Assembly: GCA_965649205.1 (NCBI GenBank)
Contig: CBFGJV010000012.1
Span: 10,971 to 74,970 of the forward strand
Reading direction: 5' to 3'
Length of the DNA: 64,000 bases
DNA from: a candidate division WOR-3 bacterium
GTDB lineage: Bacteria > Hydrothermota > Tepidihabitantia > Tepidihabitantales > Tepidihabitantaceae
A program made the translations under genes and the position numbers. Of this stretch, positions 42,285-53,000 are shown in pieces. How positions within the stretch are numbered: the stretch's first letter is position 1; each line of letters opens with the position of its first letter. Below the pieces are notes generated by a model. The model searched no databases. It had not been told where the DNA came from and saw nothing but the letters and a program-made list of their open reading frames with translations.

Positions 42285-43976
42285 TTAGCGTGACACCACC
42301 AAGCGGCAAGTGTGGGACCCCGTGCCGGTGTCCAGTCTCAAAAGATATACGCCAGGGGGGAGATTTGCACAGTTCCATACCAGGTGGTGGGTTCCAGCTG
42401 TGAATTCCTTTTGATTAAGAACGGTTAGCTCCCGGCCAGAGATGTCTAGTACAGACAAACGAGCTGGGCCGGTACGAGGAAGGGAGAAGCTGATTTCGGC
42501 ATGATGGGAAGCAGGAGTGGGCCGGATAAAGAGGTTGAGAGGTTTTCTTGGAGAAATCTGTCCTTCTTCGATGCCGGACATCCCGTATCCGTCGAAGTAC
42601 AAACCAGTGGGTCCGACACCAGCGTACAGTACTGTCGAAAAATTGCCGTTGTCGGTCATCCATCCCGCTTGAGGGGGGAAGTTACCAGTGTGGCGGTGGT
42701 CATTTACTTTTATGGGCTTAGTCCAGTTGGTATCACCGGAAGCCCAAGTAAACATCAGCGAGTCAGATGGGACAAGGGCGAAGCATACTGTAGGATATCC
42801 GGTGCCCCGGTCGCAGGCAATGCTGGGCAGTTTTTCGTTGTTCGGGGTATCCATATGGCCGATGCCGTCGTCTCCTCCATAGGCCCAGCTTTGACCGTCA
42901 TCTGTGCTGTAATAGTAGAATACCCCCGTACCTTTGTTGTTGTACAGAGTCATATCTCTGACGTGTACCAGCCAGACTGTTCCCCTGTTGTGTCTAGCAC
43001 CAATGACGGGGTCGTAGACCGGGACTGTGGGCGTTCCCACTTGATAGGAATTAAGCCAGGTGGTGCCTCGGTTTGTGCTCTGTTTTATTCTGAACGAAAC
43101 GGAATCGGTGGTTGATTGACGCTTGTCGCGACAGACAATATAAACGTTTCCGTTGCGGCCGTAGCAGATGTCGGGTTTGGGAGCAGTTTTGGTGTCGAGT
43201 ATGGTGCCAGAGGTGGATGCCCAAGTTTTACCATAGTCCGTAGAGCGCAACGTGTATATGCTGCTTCCGCCATCTTCAGCCTGATAAGTGAGATACAGGT
43301 AGTACGGATTTTCTATATCCCTAGTGGCTGAGAAATTAGTGATCGTGTCTGTGTCCACTTTGACGGGAAAGACATTGGCTCCGCCGGTGAGACCAAACCG
43401 GCCTACGTAAATATCTCCGTTGCCGGCTGAGCTTTTCACGAAGAAGAAAACAAAATTAGAATCTCCCTCGCCTACTATCAGTTTCAACGAGCTCAGTACG
43501 TAGCCAGGATGTACTAGGCCGTTCCATTTCGCCCAGTTTCGGCCGTTGTTGGTGGAACGGTATATGTGGGCGGTTTCGCCGTTGGACACAGTGAAGGCCG
43601 CGAATAGTATACCACTTGATGTCTGGTCATATGCAATCATACGTTCGCTTGCTGAGGGTGAAGGACTTCTCAGGTTGCCACTGTAGACTACGATGTCCGG
43701 TCCCCAAAGAGGGTATGGTTCTGCAGGTTCACCGCCATCTGTTATTTCCAGGACGCGTGGTGGCTCTCCTAGTGTAGGAAGGGGGGCGGGACCAGGTCGG
43801 TATCCGTCTGGGATGTCGCCGGTATTTTTCCATGTTCTTATAGGCGCATCCTCGGAGGAAAAAACCGTCGTCTTTACCGAGGGGGGAACGTATTTCTGCC
43901 CGGTGGAGTTTAGATCAACTTGAGCCCACACTATCGGACAGAAGCCGGCCAAGATGATTACTAGGGCGGTCTTCAT
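42285..43976 (-). CDS. Secreted BNR/Asp-box (sialidase-fold) protein with T9SS-type CTD
   Basis: Asp boxes STNNGRNW, STDYGKTW, STNRGTTW and STDDGQSW; C-terminal LPPGVYLLRL. Confidence 0.85.
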   Translation of the reverse strand: MKTALVIILAGFCPIVWAQVDLNSTGQKYVPPSVKTTVFSSEDAPIRTWKNTGDIPDGYRPGPAPLPTLGEPPRVLEITDGGEPAEPYPLWGPDIVVYSGNLRSPSPSASERMIAYDQTSSGILFAAFTVSNGETAHIYRSTNNGRNWAKWNGLVHPGYVLSSLKLIVGEGDSNFVFFFVKSSAGNGDIYVGRFGLTGGANVFPVKVDTDTITNFSATRDIENPYYLYLTYQAEDGGSSIYTLRSTDYGKTWASTSGTILDTKTAPKPDICYGRNGNVYIVCRDKRQSTTDSVSFRIKQSTNRGTTWLNSYQVGTPTVPVYDPVIGARHNRGTVWLVHVRDMTLYNNKGTGVFYYYSTDDGQSWAYGGDDGIGHMDTPNNEKLPSIACDRGTGYPTVCFALVPSDSLMFTWASGDTNWTKPIKVNDHRHTGNFPPQAGWMTDNGNFSTVLYAGVGPTGLYFDGYGMSGIEEGQISPRKPLNLFIRPTPASHHAEISFSLPRTGPARLSVLDISGRELTVLNQKEFTAGTHHLVWNCANLPPGVYLLRLDTGTGSHTCRLVVSR

Positions 43977-44148
43977 AGTTATGCTCCTTTCTTTGTTTGC
44001 CTTTAGCTTTTTCTTTGTGCGCCACTAAGGCCCCGAACGGGTCCTAGGGTCGTACTTATTACCGTCATTTTAGGCTGATAACCCTGCAGGTCAATGTTTT
44101 CTTCTGCCAAACTGTTTGACAGACGTCGTTTGCTGAGAAAAAATAATC

Positions 44149-44370
44149 ATGATGGTAAAGACGCACGCTCTGGTTCTGGCTCTGGTGCTTGTGTCGTCTG
44201 TGTGTAAGGATAATCAGCGGGTGCGGTTCTGCCGGCGGAAAGAATCTTATGTAGCTACACTACTATTGCGACCCGAAGATTACCAGCTGCTGGGATTGGT
44301 GGAACAGGAAGACGGGGTTGATCTTCTGTGGCAGTACATAGGTTGTCCCAGTCTGCAATTTCCCGGTTGA
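44149..44370 (+). CDS. Small hypothetical protein
   Basis: ORF with hydrophobic N-terminus, preceded by TTGACA-N17-AAAAAT. Confidence 0.4.
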   Translation: MMVKTHALVLALVLVSSVCKDNQRVRFCRRKESYVATLLLRPEDYQLLGLVEQEDGVDLLWQYIGCPSLQFPG

Positions 44371-44373
44371 GCA

Positions 44374-44613
44374 ATGCCAAGACGGAAACCTCACCAAATT
44401 CTCGATCCGGAACAGGAAAGAGGGGAGAAAATAATACTAGCGATGCAAAAGTTGGAGCACAAACGCCAGCATCCTCGCCCTTTGCTGGCACCCTGGGTGC
44501 TGGCCCTCTTGCTAATCGCTGTCATTATTGTCATTCTGTTCCTCAACCGCGAACGATTTCTTTTGGCCTGGTTGCATCTTACCCGGCCTGATTCAATACC
44601 AGGACTTGAATAG
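44374..44613 (+). CDS. Small single-TM hypothetical protein
   Basis: One hydrophobic helix (PWVLALLLIAVIIVILFL); follows the previous ORF by 3 nt. Confidence 0.55.
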   Translation: MPRRKPHQILDPEQERGEKIILAMQKLEHKRQHPRPLLAPWVLALLLIAVIIVILFLNRERFLLAWLHLTRPDSIPGLE

Positions 44614-44638
44614 CGCCCACAGATTCTAAAGAGAAAAA

Positions 44639-44669
44639 GAAGGAGTAGCCAATACGGCTGCTCCTTCTT
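44639..44669. terminator. Terminator between convergent genes
   Basis: AGAAGGAGTAGCC-AATAC-GGCTGCTCCTTCT with an A-run on the left, giving a U-tract for the hsp20 transcript. Confidence 0.75.
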
Positions 44670-44686
44670 CTGCGCGAAGCCGAGTT

Positions 44687-45133
44687 CTAATTGCTTTCGA
44701 TCGTAATCTCTCGCGACTTTGCCTTTTCGGATTTGGGCATATTCAGTTCCAGAACCCCGTCTTTGTAGGAAGCCTTCACCTTGTCGGCCTGGATGTCGGC
44801 CGGCAGGATCAAGGAGCGCTGGAACTTTCCATACGCCCGTTCAATCCGATGGAAAGTCCTGCCTTTCTCCTCGGCTTCGTGACGCCGCTCACCCGAGATG
44901 GTCAACTGGTCACCAGTTATGGAGACCTTAATATCCTCTTTCTTCATCCCGGGCAGTTCGGCGCGGACGATAATGGCACTGTCCGTTTCCTCTATGTCTA
45001 GAGCCGGAGACCAGAAAGTTTCCAGCCTGTCCGGCGCATAACGACCTACCATAGAGTCAAACAGACGGTCCATTTCATCCCGCAGCGATGCTATTTCCCT
45101 GAAAGGATCCCAGCGAACCAGCTGCTTTGCCAT
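44687..45133 (-). CDS. Hsp20/alpha-crystallin small heat-shock protein
   Basis: WDPFRE, AELPGM, ERAYGKFQRS and ASYKDGVLEL motifs; SD GGAGGTG. Confidence 0.95.
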   Translation of the reverse strand: MAKQLVRWDPFREIASLRDEMDRLFDSMVGRYAPDRLETFWSPALDIEETDSAIIVRAELPGMKKEDIKVSITGDQLTISGERRHEAEEKGRTFHRIERAYGKFQRSLILPADIQADKVKASYKDGVLELNMPKSEKAKSREITIESN

Positions 45134-45222
45134 AGTCCTCACCTCCTTTTTCTCTCATTTCCACCTTGTTAGACTAAATCCGCAGGTCGGGGTTTCAGGC
45201 GCCGGTGGGATCTTTCGTTAGG

Positions 45223-45768
45223 TCAACGCTCAAGAAATAGCTGGGAAAAAGGGCGTCGGAAAACATCTTGGGCCAGGCTTTCTACTTCTTTTTTTGTTCG
45301 TGCGGGAGTGAGGTGCAGTTCAGTCCATACCTCCGGCCGGAGCTCCAACTCCAGCTGGGCGCCAGCCGGCTCTTGCCAAGGGGTGCCTGATTCTTTCTGA
45401 CTTTGTCCTAGGCGTTCGAAAAGGACGACTACCCGGCGTGAACGTCGGATACGCAAGTTGCATTTACCTACCGTGCAACCGCAGCCGACTTGTATTCCAT
45501 CAACAAAACAAGTGTAGGGAGGCCGACTGGGGCAGAATACACAGGCTCGCAGACGAAAGGGAGAGGCTCGCAATTTGCGCGCGGCAAATGTTCCGGCGCG
45601 CAGGCCAAGCACAAGCCAGGGACCGAGATGACCATGGAACCTGGCTGCGTAGCGAAGAGGTGCGGTACTGTCCACAGACGCAAAATAGCGAGCAGACAAG
45701 TAGAAGTCAAGTGCGGACAAGTGCGAAAGAGACTGTTGGGAAAAAGCAGACCCCCCCTCTGTTTCCAT
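45223..45768 (-). CDS. FmdE (formylmethanofuran dehydrogenase subunit E)-family protein
   Basis: FHGHLGP..LGLRAG and CFVDGIQVGCGCTVGK motifs. Confidence 0.85.
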   Translation of the reverse strand: METEGGSAFSQQSLSHLSALDFYLSARYFASVDSTAPLRYAARFHGHLGPWLVLGLRAGTFAARKLRASPFRLRACVFCPSRPPYTCFVDGIQVGCGCTVGKCNLRIRRSRRVVVLFERLGQSQKESGTPWQEPAGAQLELELRPEVWTELHLTPARTKKEVESLAQDVFRRPFSQLFLER

Positions 45769-45801
45769 TGACCAACTGTTATCTTGACTTCATACTAGGT
45801 C

Positions 45802-46710
45802 GTGCATTTTCTGCTACTGAAGATACTGGCAGCGGTAGCAATGGGGCTGGTGCTGAAACAGGCAGAGGTGCGTAGATTCTCACGGCTTGCACTTATCCGG
45901 GTTAATTACGCAGTAGCTGCGTTTCTGGGTTTTGGATGTGCTGTGATTTTTGATCAGACCCAGTTGACTTGGCCAACAGCCATTCTGGGAGGGACAACTG
46001 GCGTTTTGTTTGTGGCCGGCTTGGCTCTATGGATGAAAGCAATCGAGACTGCCGGTCTGGCTCTTTCCGTGGTGGCGATGCGTACGGCTATTGTGATTCC
46101 TGCATTGGCGGCAGTTCTAATTTGGCAGGAGAAGCCCAACTGGTTGGAGTTGGTTGGTGCAGCCATAGCACTGTGTGCCTTGGGGTTGGTGCTCTGGGAT
46201 GTAGCCACAAGCCGGGAAGGCGCAAAGTCTGAGTCGTATGCCACGGCGACGCAAGGCGTTTGCTCAGGTTGCAAGACAGCCACATTGCCAGCTTGGTTTT
46301 GGCTTATCGGTCTCTTTCTGGTTGATGGTCTGGTGATGTCTGCTGCTCAGGTTTTCAGACACCATATGCCGCAGGGGGAGAATTTCCCGTTTCAAGTAGC
46401 TATATTCATATCCGCCTTTGTAGTCACCTCTGTTTTCTACTTTTTGCGTCGTAGACAACTAAGCAGGTCCGAATTGTCCTATGGAGCCCTGCTGGGCATT
46501 GCAAACCTGGGCAATTATCTTTTTTTAGTTCTGGCTTTGGCTTTGCTACCCGGGGTAGTGGTTTATCCGGTGGTTGCCGGAGCGGAAGTAGGTTTGCTTA
46601 CTTTAGCTGGCACCATCGTCTGGCGAGAGAGGATAGGGGTCAGGAGTTGGCTTGGTATTGGCTTGGCGGTGATTGCCCTTGTACTGGTTCAAATTGCTCG
46701 CGACGCTTGA
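45802..46710 (+). CDS. DMT/EamA-family transporter
   Basis: About 10 TM helices in two repeats (WQEK/WRER); leaderless-type promoter TTGACC-N17-CATACT 5 nt upstream. Confidence 0.82.
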   Translation: MHFLLLKILAAVAMGLVLKQAEVRRFSRLALIRVNYAVAAFLGFGCAVIFDQTQLTWPTAILGGTTGVLFVAGLALWMKAIETAGLALSVVAMRTAIVIPALAAVLIWQEKPNWLELVGAAIALCALGLVLWDVATSREGAKSESYATATQGVCSGCKTATLPAWFWLIGLFLVDGLVMSAAQVFRHHMPQGENFPFQVAIFISAFVVTSVFYFLRRRQLSRSELSYGALLGIANLGNYLFLVLALALLPGVVVYPVVAGAEVGLLTLAGTIVWRERIGVRSWLGIGLAVIALVLVQIARDA

Positions 46711-46740
46711 AAACCGTGGTGTGGGGCGAGGCGGACGGGT

Positions 46741-46769
46741 CGCAGGAAATAGCAAGAGAGAGGGTCTAA
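46741..46769 (+). promoter_or_regulatory. Putative ECF-sigma promoter, copy 1
   Basis: CGCAGGA-N16-GTCTAA; the same motif and spacing recur at 47424-47452. Confidence 0.65.
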
Positions 46770-46788
46770 CTAACATGATAGCAAAAAG

Positions 46789-47415
46789 ATGGCTAAGGAC
46801 TTGTCCGCAACGGGCAAGTATCTTGTAACTTTGGGGTTAGTGCAGGTGGCGGAAGAAACCCCGACCTCGCAGACGGTTGAACGGGAACTGGTACTGCGAG
46901 CGCAGAACGGAGACCTGGATGCGTTTGAGAAGCTTGTCGTGAAGTACTATCGCCCACTTTTTTCTTATGTTTACCGAATGTGTACAGACTACAACGAAAC
47001 TGAGGAAATAGTGCAGTCAGCGCTGGTCAAGGCTTGGCAAGGTATCAAGGGATTTCAGGGCAGGTCTAGTTTCAAGACCTGGTTATTCCGCATTGGTACG
47101 AATCTCGCCATAAACAGGGCGACCCGACGCAAGCCGGTATGTGAGATTCCGGAAACGCTTCCGGCGCCAGAATCGGCAGAACCACAGGAGGCGTATCGGA
47201 GTAGACAGCGAGAGGCATTAGTGCGGGCAGCGTTGGAGCGATTGCCTGCGGACCAGCGTTCTGCCTTGGTGCTATGTGTATATGAGGATATGAGTTATGA
47301 GGAGATAGCCCGGTCTCTGGGTAAAACGGTAAGGGCGGTTGACTCGCTTCTTTTCCGGGCTCGGCAGAACTTGCGGAAAATACTAGGCCCGGCAAGAGAC
47401 AAGGGGATATTGTGA
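46789..47415 (+). CDS. ECF RNA polymerase sigma factor
   Basis: GDLDAFEKLV, FKTWLFRIGTN and SYEEIA..VDSLLFRAR motifs. Confidence 0.93.
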   Translation: MAKDLSATGKYLVTLGLVQVAEETPTSQTVERELVLRAQNGDLDAFEKLVVKYYRPLFSYVYRMCTDYNETEEIVQSALVKAWQGIKGFQGRSSFKTWLFRIGTNLAINRATRRKPVCEIPETLPAPESAEPQEAYRSRQREALVRAALERLPADQRSALVLCVYEDMSYEEIARSLGKTVRAVDSLLFRARQNLRKILGPARDKGIL

Positions 47416-47423
47416 GTAGTGAC

Positions 47424-47452
47424 CGCAGGAGAAACAGATCTTGGGAGTCTAA
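47424..47452 (+). promoter_or_regulatory. Putative ECF-sigma promoter, copy 2
   Basis: CGCAGGA-N16-GTCTAA upstream of the anti-sigma gene. Confidence 0.65.
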
Positions 47453-47464
47453 ATATTACGAAAA

Positions 47465-47890
47465 ATGAAGTGCCAGAAAGCGAAAAGATTGCTTTCCCGA
47501 TATCTGGACCAGGAGCTATGCGGCCCAGAGCTTGAACAGGTAGAGAAACATCTGGCCGAGTGCGCCTGGTGCAGAGAAGAACTTTTAGCCCTGAGAGAAT
47601 GCGGGCAAGTACTCATTAGTTCAGCTTTGTCTGTACCAGAACCCCCGGCGTTCCTAATAGATAAGGTAATGTCTGAGCTGAGAGCCGGGACGAGGGGTAG
47701 AGCTATCTCTTTCTGGCAGCGTGCGTTACCCTTGGCGGCAGGGGTGATACTGGTAATAACTGGCGCCTGGCTGGGTGTTTTTCTGGGACGGGAATATGCG
47801 ACTGAGAATAAAGGCGGATCTGTCCATATCTTGACTGTGAGTGAAGGACTTTCGCTGGAAGACATTTACCAGGCCATAGCCGAGGAGTAG
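47465..47890 (+). CDS. Zinc-finger (ZAS, zf-HC2) transmembrane anti-sigma factor
   Basis: MKC...YLD.EL....HLAECAWC motif plus one TM helix. Confidence 0.9.
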   Translation: MKCQKAKRLLSRYLDQELCGPELEQVEKHLAECAWCREELLALRECGQVLISSALSVPEPPAFLIDKVMSELRAGTRGRAISFWQRALPLAAGVILVITGAWLGVFLGREYATENKGGSVHILTVSEGLSLEDIYQAIAEE

Positions 47891-47892
47891 GC

Positions 47893-48444
47893 ATGAAGGG
47901 CAAATGGATGCTGATTTTTCTGGTTGCCTCCGTGACCTTGAATCTGGCGGCTGTGGGGACGTTTGTGTACAACCGAGTAACTCAAGCCAGACGACAACAG
48001 ATTTTTTCCCAAAGAATTAGAGGCGGTGCCAAAGCCAGAGTGACAGCTCTAGTCAGGGAAATGGAGCCAAAGATGGATTCGATTAGGAATGTGTACTGGG
48101 ATGCCAGGAGGCAACTTGGCATTTTGGGGTTTGAAGATAACCCGGCTCCTTATGTGGTGGATTCTCTGCTCAATGTGATTGCCGAATCACATAAAGAGAT
48201 GAACCGTCTGGTATTCCAAACTGCGCAAAGGTTGGAGGCAGAATACCCCGTGGAGAAGCGAGAAAGGATAAGACGTAGATTGATAGAGATGTGGGAAGGA
48301 GGAAGAGAGCGTGGACCGCGCCGCAGACACCTGCGGCCTCGGTTTCCGCCTCCCTGGCGAGAAAGAATGCCTGGACCCAGGCCGCGAGGTAAAGAGGGAT
48401 TTCCACCAGAAGGGAGACGAAGCGTTGTCTTTGAACAAACATAA
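47893..48444 (+). CDS. Periplasmic heavy-metal-sensor/CpxP-like helical protein
   Basis: N-terminal SVTLNLAAVG anchor typical of this family; helical body. Confidence 0.65.
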   Translation: MKGKWMLIFLVASVTLNLAAVGTFVYNRVTQARRQQIFSQRIRGGAKARVTALVREMEPKMDSIRNVYWDARRQLGILGFEDNPAPYVVDSLLNVIAESHKEMNRLVFQTAQRLEAEYPVEKRERIRRRLIEMWEGGRERGPRRRHLRPRFPPPWRERMPGPRPRGKEGFPPEGRRSVVFEQT

Positions 48445-48453
48445 GGAGGACCA

Positions 48454-49383
48454 ATGAAGAAAAACACTCTAGCTCTAGTGCTGGCCGTTTTGGGGCTGTT
48501 TATTGTCGGCTGTACGACTCAGTCGGATGAAGATGCTATCCGAGACCTCATCGGCCGGTCGGCCTATACAGACGACAATGGTATCCGCAGCTACGCGGGC
48601 AGAGATACAAGCGTATCAGAGGGCGGAGATGAGAGTATGGCGGACGGAGAGAGGATACCTTTCGTTCGCTTTGTCCGTTACATTCCACCAGACGGAGTGA
48701 CGCGTACGGTGCAGGTAGACATTCCGGCCTATCCCGGTTATCCGGATACCACTGCTCTCGCCACAGTGCGTTATACAATCAGAGGAGAGTTTCGGACCGT
48801 GTTTGATACCACGACCACACCCATTCTGGTATGGCGCAAGCCTTTTGTGGACGAGGCAGTGCGCAGGGTTTATCTTACCAAGCAGGGCAAACGTTGGCGT
48901 GTGCGGCGACTTTCACCTTTGCGTTTCTACACTACAGGTGCGCCTTATGAGTTGAGCCTTGCTCAGATGGAGCTTCACGCTCGGTCGTGGCCGGAGGCAG
49001 ATACGTACAGGTTGACAACAGCCGACACGCTTCTGGCCAAGACAGAGTTGCCCAGCTTCACTTATGCCGATACCGTTTGGGTGCGGGTGACAGTGACAAG
49101 TAACGGTGATTCTGCCTGGGTATTTCTACACCACGGTCGGCCTCAATGGCCCTATCGAGCGCGCCGGGCTTACTGGAAGCAGTCAACCTATGTTTTTGAG
49201 CGAACATGGTGTATTGGTTCAGAAGGCACAGTTAGAAAGCCAGAGGTGAGGCCGAGTGGACATGATGCCATCGGTTGGGGAACGCTGTGGGCCGATACGT
49301 CTCAGCCCTATGTGGCTGCTGCCTGGGGTTTGCCTTATGTGGTGCGTAGCCCGGGCGAGCCAATTCCTGAAGAAAATGAATAA
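48454..49383 (+). CDS. Hypothetical lipoprotein
   Basis: Lipobox IVGC; SD AAGGAGG. Confidence 0.75.
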   Translation: MKKNTLALVLAVLGLFIVGCTTQSDEDAIRDLIGRSAYTDDNGIRSYAGRDTSVSEGGDESMADGERIPFVRFVRYIPPDGVTRTVQVDIPAYPGYPDTTALATVRYTIRGEFRTVFDTTTTPILVWRKPFVDEAVRRVYLTKQGKRWRVRRLSPLRFYTTGAPYELSLAQMELHARSWPEADTYRLTTADTLLAKTELPSFTYADTVWVRVTVTSNGDSAWVFLHHGRPQWPYRARRAYWKQSTYVFERTWCIGSEGTVRKPEVRPSGHDAIGWGTLWADTSQPYVAAAWGLPYVVRSPGEPIPEENE

Positions 49384-49398
49384 CATAAGGAGGAAGCA

Positions 49399-49956
49399 AT
49401 GAGAAACATTTGGACTGCGTTACTAATCTTTGGGCTGGTTGCGCTGGTTGTAGCTCAACCTGCGGAGCCGGCATTGCCACCTGCTACAGGGCCGGGAGAA
49501 GAAACGCCACGGTCGGCAATAATGAAGCCGCCGCTAGAGCAAGGACCTCACGGTCTTGAGCGGGTAGGGCTGACTCCCGAACAAATGGAAAAGTTGGGCA
49601 AGTTGCAGATAGCATTGATAAAGGAAACAGCACCGTTAGAGGCGGAGTTACGCGTCAAGGAACTGGAACTGGCCGGTCTTTGGCGGGCAGAGAAGTTTGA
49701 TGCCAAAGCTATCATAGCCAAGGTGAAGGAAATTGCGGAAATCAGAACCAAGCTGGAGCTGGCCAGAGTCACTAACCGAATAGAGAGCTTCAAGCTGCTG
49801 ACACCGGAACAGCAGAAGCGAGCGCGAGAAATGTTCCGGCGGGGAGAGGAATGGTGGGGAAAAGGACCAGGACATTACTTTCGAGCCGACCGGCCGCATC
49901 AGCAACAGCGCTGGCGGTTCCGCCGGAGGATGTGTCCGAGACAACAGACTGATTAG
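49399..49956 (+). CDS. Spy/CpxP-family periplasmic chaperone
   Basis: Signal peptide; two LTPEQ (LTxxQ) motifs. Confidence 0.85.
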   Translation: MRNIWTALLIFGLVALVVAQPAEPALPPATGPGEETPRSAIMKPPLEQGPHGLERVGLTPEQMEKLGKLQIALIKETAPLEAELRVKELELAGLWRAEKFDAKAIIAKVKEIAEIRTKLELARVTNRIESFKLLTPEQQKRAREMFRRGEEWWGKGPGHYFRADRPHQQQRWRFRRRMCPRQQTD

Positions 49957-49974
49957 AGGCATCCTGCCTCCTGA

Positions 49975-50007
49975 AGCGCAGGGGCATTCCTGCCCCTGCG
50001 CTTTTTT
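49975..50007 (+). terminator. Rho-independent terminator
   Basis: AGCGCAGGGGCA-TTCC-TGCCCCTGCGCT followed by a T-run. Confidence 0.85.
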
Positions 50008-50055
50008 GCGGTGCAGCAGGCTTTACTGGGAAAGAAGGAGGAATATACTTGGAAG

Positions 50056-53000
50056 ATGCGTTTTATTATTGTGGCTGTTTCAGTGTTGTGCGCAATAGGG
50101 TCGGCAAACGAGGTTGGAGTCTGGCAGAGCAGGTCGGACGGCGGCGTGCTGTTGTTTGAGAATCTGCAGTGGGAACAGACCAATCTTGCCCAGGCTGGAG
50201 ATACTTTTATTTTGCTCAGCCTGGCCGGAGTCGGCTCCACCACGGAGCCAGGTTGGCCGCAACTGCCTGTTTTGCGGAGTGTCATAGAGATTCCCTTTGG
50301 TGCGGAGCTAGAGCTCAGACCTGCTTTTGAAGAGTTGCAGGAGTTTTCGCTCGAACACCGCATATACCCCGTGCAGCCGTCTTTTCCTAAGAGTGGCCCG
50401 GCGCCTGGTTTTGTCATGGAAGAAAAGGCGTATCAAGCCGATCAGACCTATTCTTTGGGATCGAGAGTGGTGGAAATCGGGATAATGCGGGGACACCGGC
50501 TGGCTCTGATTGAAACTTATCCGGTAGCTTACAATCCGGCGACGGGAGTAGTGCAGACAGCAGGTCGGGTCAGGGTAGAGGTGTTTTGGTCTGGTGTGGA
50601 TTGGGCAACTACTCGGGCGCAGCAGGAACGTTATGATTCCAGACCTTATTGGGAACGATTGCAAGGTGTTTGTGTGAATTGGGGTCAGCTGCAGCTTGTA
50701 CCTCCACCTGATTTGCCTGTCGGCTACCTGATTATAGTGCCTGATGCCTGGGCGCCGAATATTGCTCCCTTGGCCGAGTGGCGCAGACGTAAAGGGTTTC
50801 ATGTTTTCTTGCGCAAGCTTTCTGAAGTAGGCGGAGGTACTGCGACGGCGGTGAAAAACTATATCCAGAACGCGTATGACAACTGGCCCATTCCGCCCAG
50901 TTTTGTACTGTTAGTGGGAGATGTTGACCGAATCGGATATTTTACCGGTTCGGGTACGGGCCAGCCGCCAACCGATCTGAACTTTTCCCTTCTGGCAGGC
51001 AACGACTATTTCCCCGACCTTGACTTGAGCCGGGCCTCTGTGGCCAATGCTGCCCAGTTGGATAGCTTAGTGGCCAAAATCATAAGCTATGAGCAGAATA
51101 CCTGGATTGCTGACCGCGACTGGCTGAACCGGGCCTACTTCATTGCGTCTGCGGACGGCGCCTACCATCAGGTGGCGGAACGGACACATCAGTATGTAAT
51201 GGCTAAGTTCCGGTCCAGGGGCGTGGTCTGCGATTCGCTCTGGCTTTACTACCGGCAGGGGACCGACATCAATACCGCAGTGAATTCGGGTCGTGCCTGG
51301 GTAACCTATTCTGGCCACGGCGATGTGAACTGCTGGGCTGACCCGAGCCCGAAATTCACCATCACAGAGGTGCGGGCGTTATCCAATCTTGACAAGGTGC
51401 CGTATGTTCAGACTTATGCCTGCCTTTCCGGCAATTACACCTCGACCAGCTACCCAGAGTGTTTTTCCGAATCCTGGATTCGCGCCGGACGCAGAGGTGG
51501 TATAGCACATATAGCTTCCACCGTAACTTCTTACTGGACAGAGGATGATACGCTGGAGCGACGGGTATTTGACTGTATGCTGGATTCTTCCTTTTTCTGG
51601 GTAATGGGAGGATTCAACAAAGCCAAACTCATCTATTATCGGCAGATGGGCGCAAGCGGCATGACGCGCAGGTATTTTGAGATGTATAACATGATGGGCG
51701 ATGGCGCCATTGATGTCTATTCCTCCCGGCCCGAAAGCTTGTATGTATCGCACCCTTCTGTAGTGCCTCTGGGCAGTTCCCATATGTTCGTTTCTGTCCA
51801 GTCTGCAGCAGGGCCGGTGCGGAATGCCCTGGTGTGCATCACAGCCAGAACGGATACCACCGTTTTCGTTTCGGGTTATACGGATGGGGCTGGTCAGGTT
51901 TTTTTCAACTTGAACCTGCTTATTCCGGATACCCTGTATGTTACGGTGAGCGGCCATAATCTGGCTACATATCGGGGAGTAGCGTTGGCGATTCCTATGA
52001 GCGGCGCTTATGTGGTATGGTGCCGGGCAGAACCAGATGATTCCCTTGGCGGCAATAACGACCGTATCATAAATCCTGGGGAAACTATTAATCTCAAGCT
52101 CTGGTTGAAGAATTGGGGGCAGGCGAGGGCCGAAGGGATAGAGGCCCGCTTGCGGACGACAGACCCGAATCTGGTGCTGTTGGACTCAATTAAGTATTTT
52201 GACGACATTCCTGCTGGCGATTCGGTTTACTCCGGCCCGGACGGTTTTGATTTTGTGGTGGCCAACTCCTGTACGAATGGCTACCGTCTTCTGTTTACAG
52301 TCAACGTCAGAGACTATCGGGATTCCACCTGGCAGAGCCTGCTGGCGCTTCCTGTAGGCGCCCCCGCGTTGATTTACAGCGGATGCGAAACATACGACCG
52401 GCTGCCGGGCGGAAACGGTAATCGTATGCTGGACCCGGGCGAAGAAGCAGATTTGATTATTACTCTGCGCAACGCCGGTAAGGGCAAGGCGTATGAAGTG
52501 AGCGGCATATTACGCTCCGGAGACGCCAGGCTCACGGTGCTGGATTCGTTGTGTTTCTTTGGCACCATACCGGAGGAGACCACCGGCAACAACAACGCTG
52601 ACCGGGTGCGGGTAAGTGCGGCTCTGTCCATACCGCGCCAGACTATGATTACCTGTACACTGCTGGTCAGCTACGGCGACGAAATGCGGGTGTTTCCTCT
52701 CGACCTTCCGGTAGGGTTTCTGCGTCAGATAGATCCGATTCCGGACGGTCCGCGCACGCCGGCGCTATACTATGCCTATGATGCTATTGACACCCTTTAC
52801 GACGAAGCACCGGTGTATGCTTGGCTGGACATCAGAGGCACAGGCACCAGGCTGAGTCTGGCAGATGACCAGACTGTGACTTTGAGTTTGCCAGCCGGTT
52901 TTGGCTACTGGCGTTACTACGGAGTCAGCTACGACCGCATATCCATATGCTCAAATGGCTGGGTGGCTCCGGGTAGCACCAGCTATACGGCTTACTCCAA

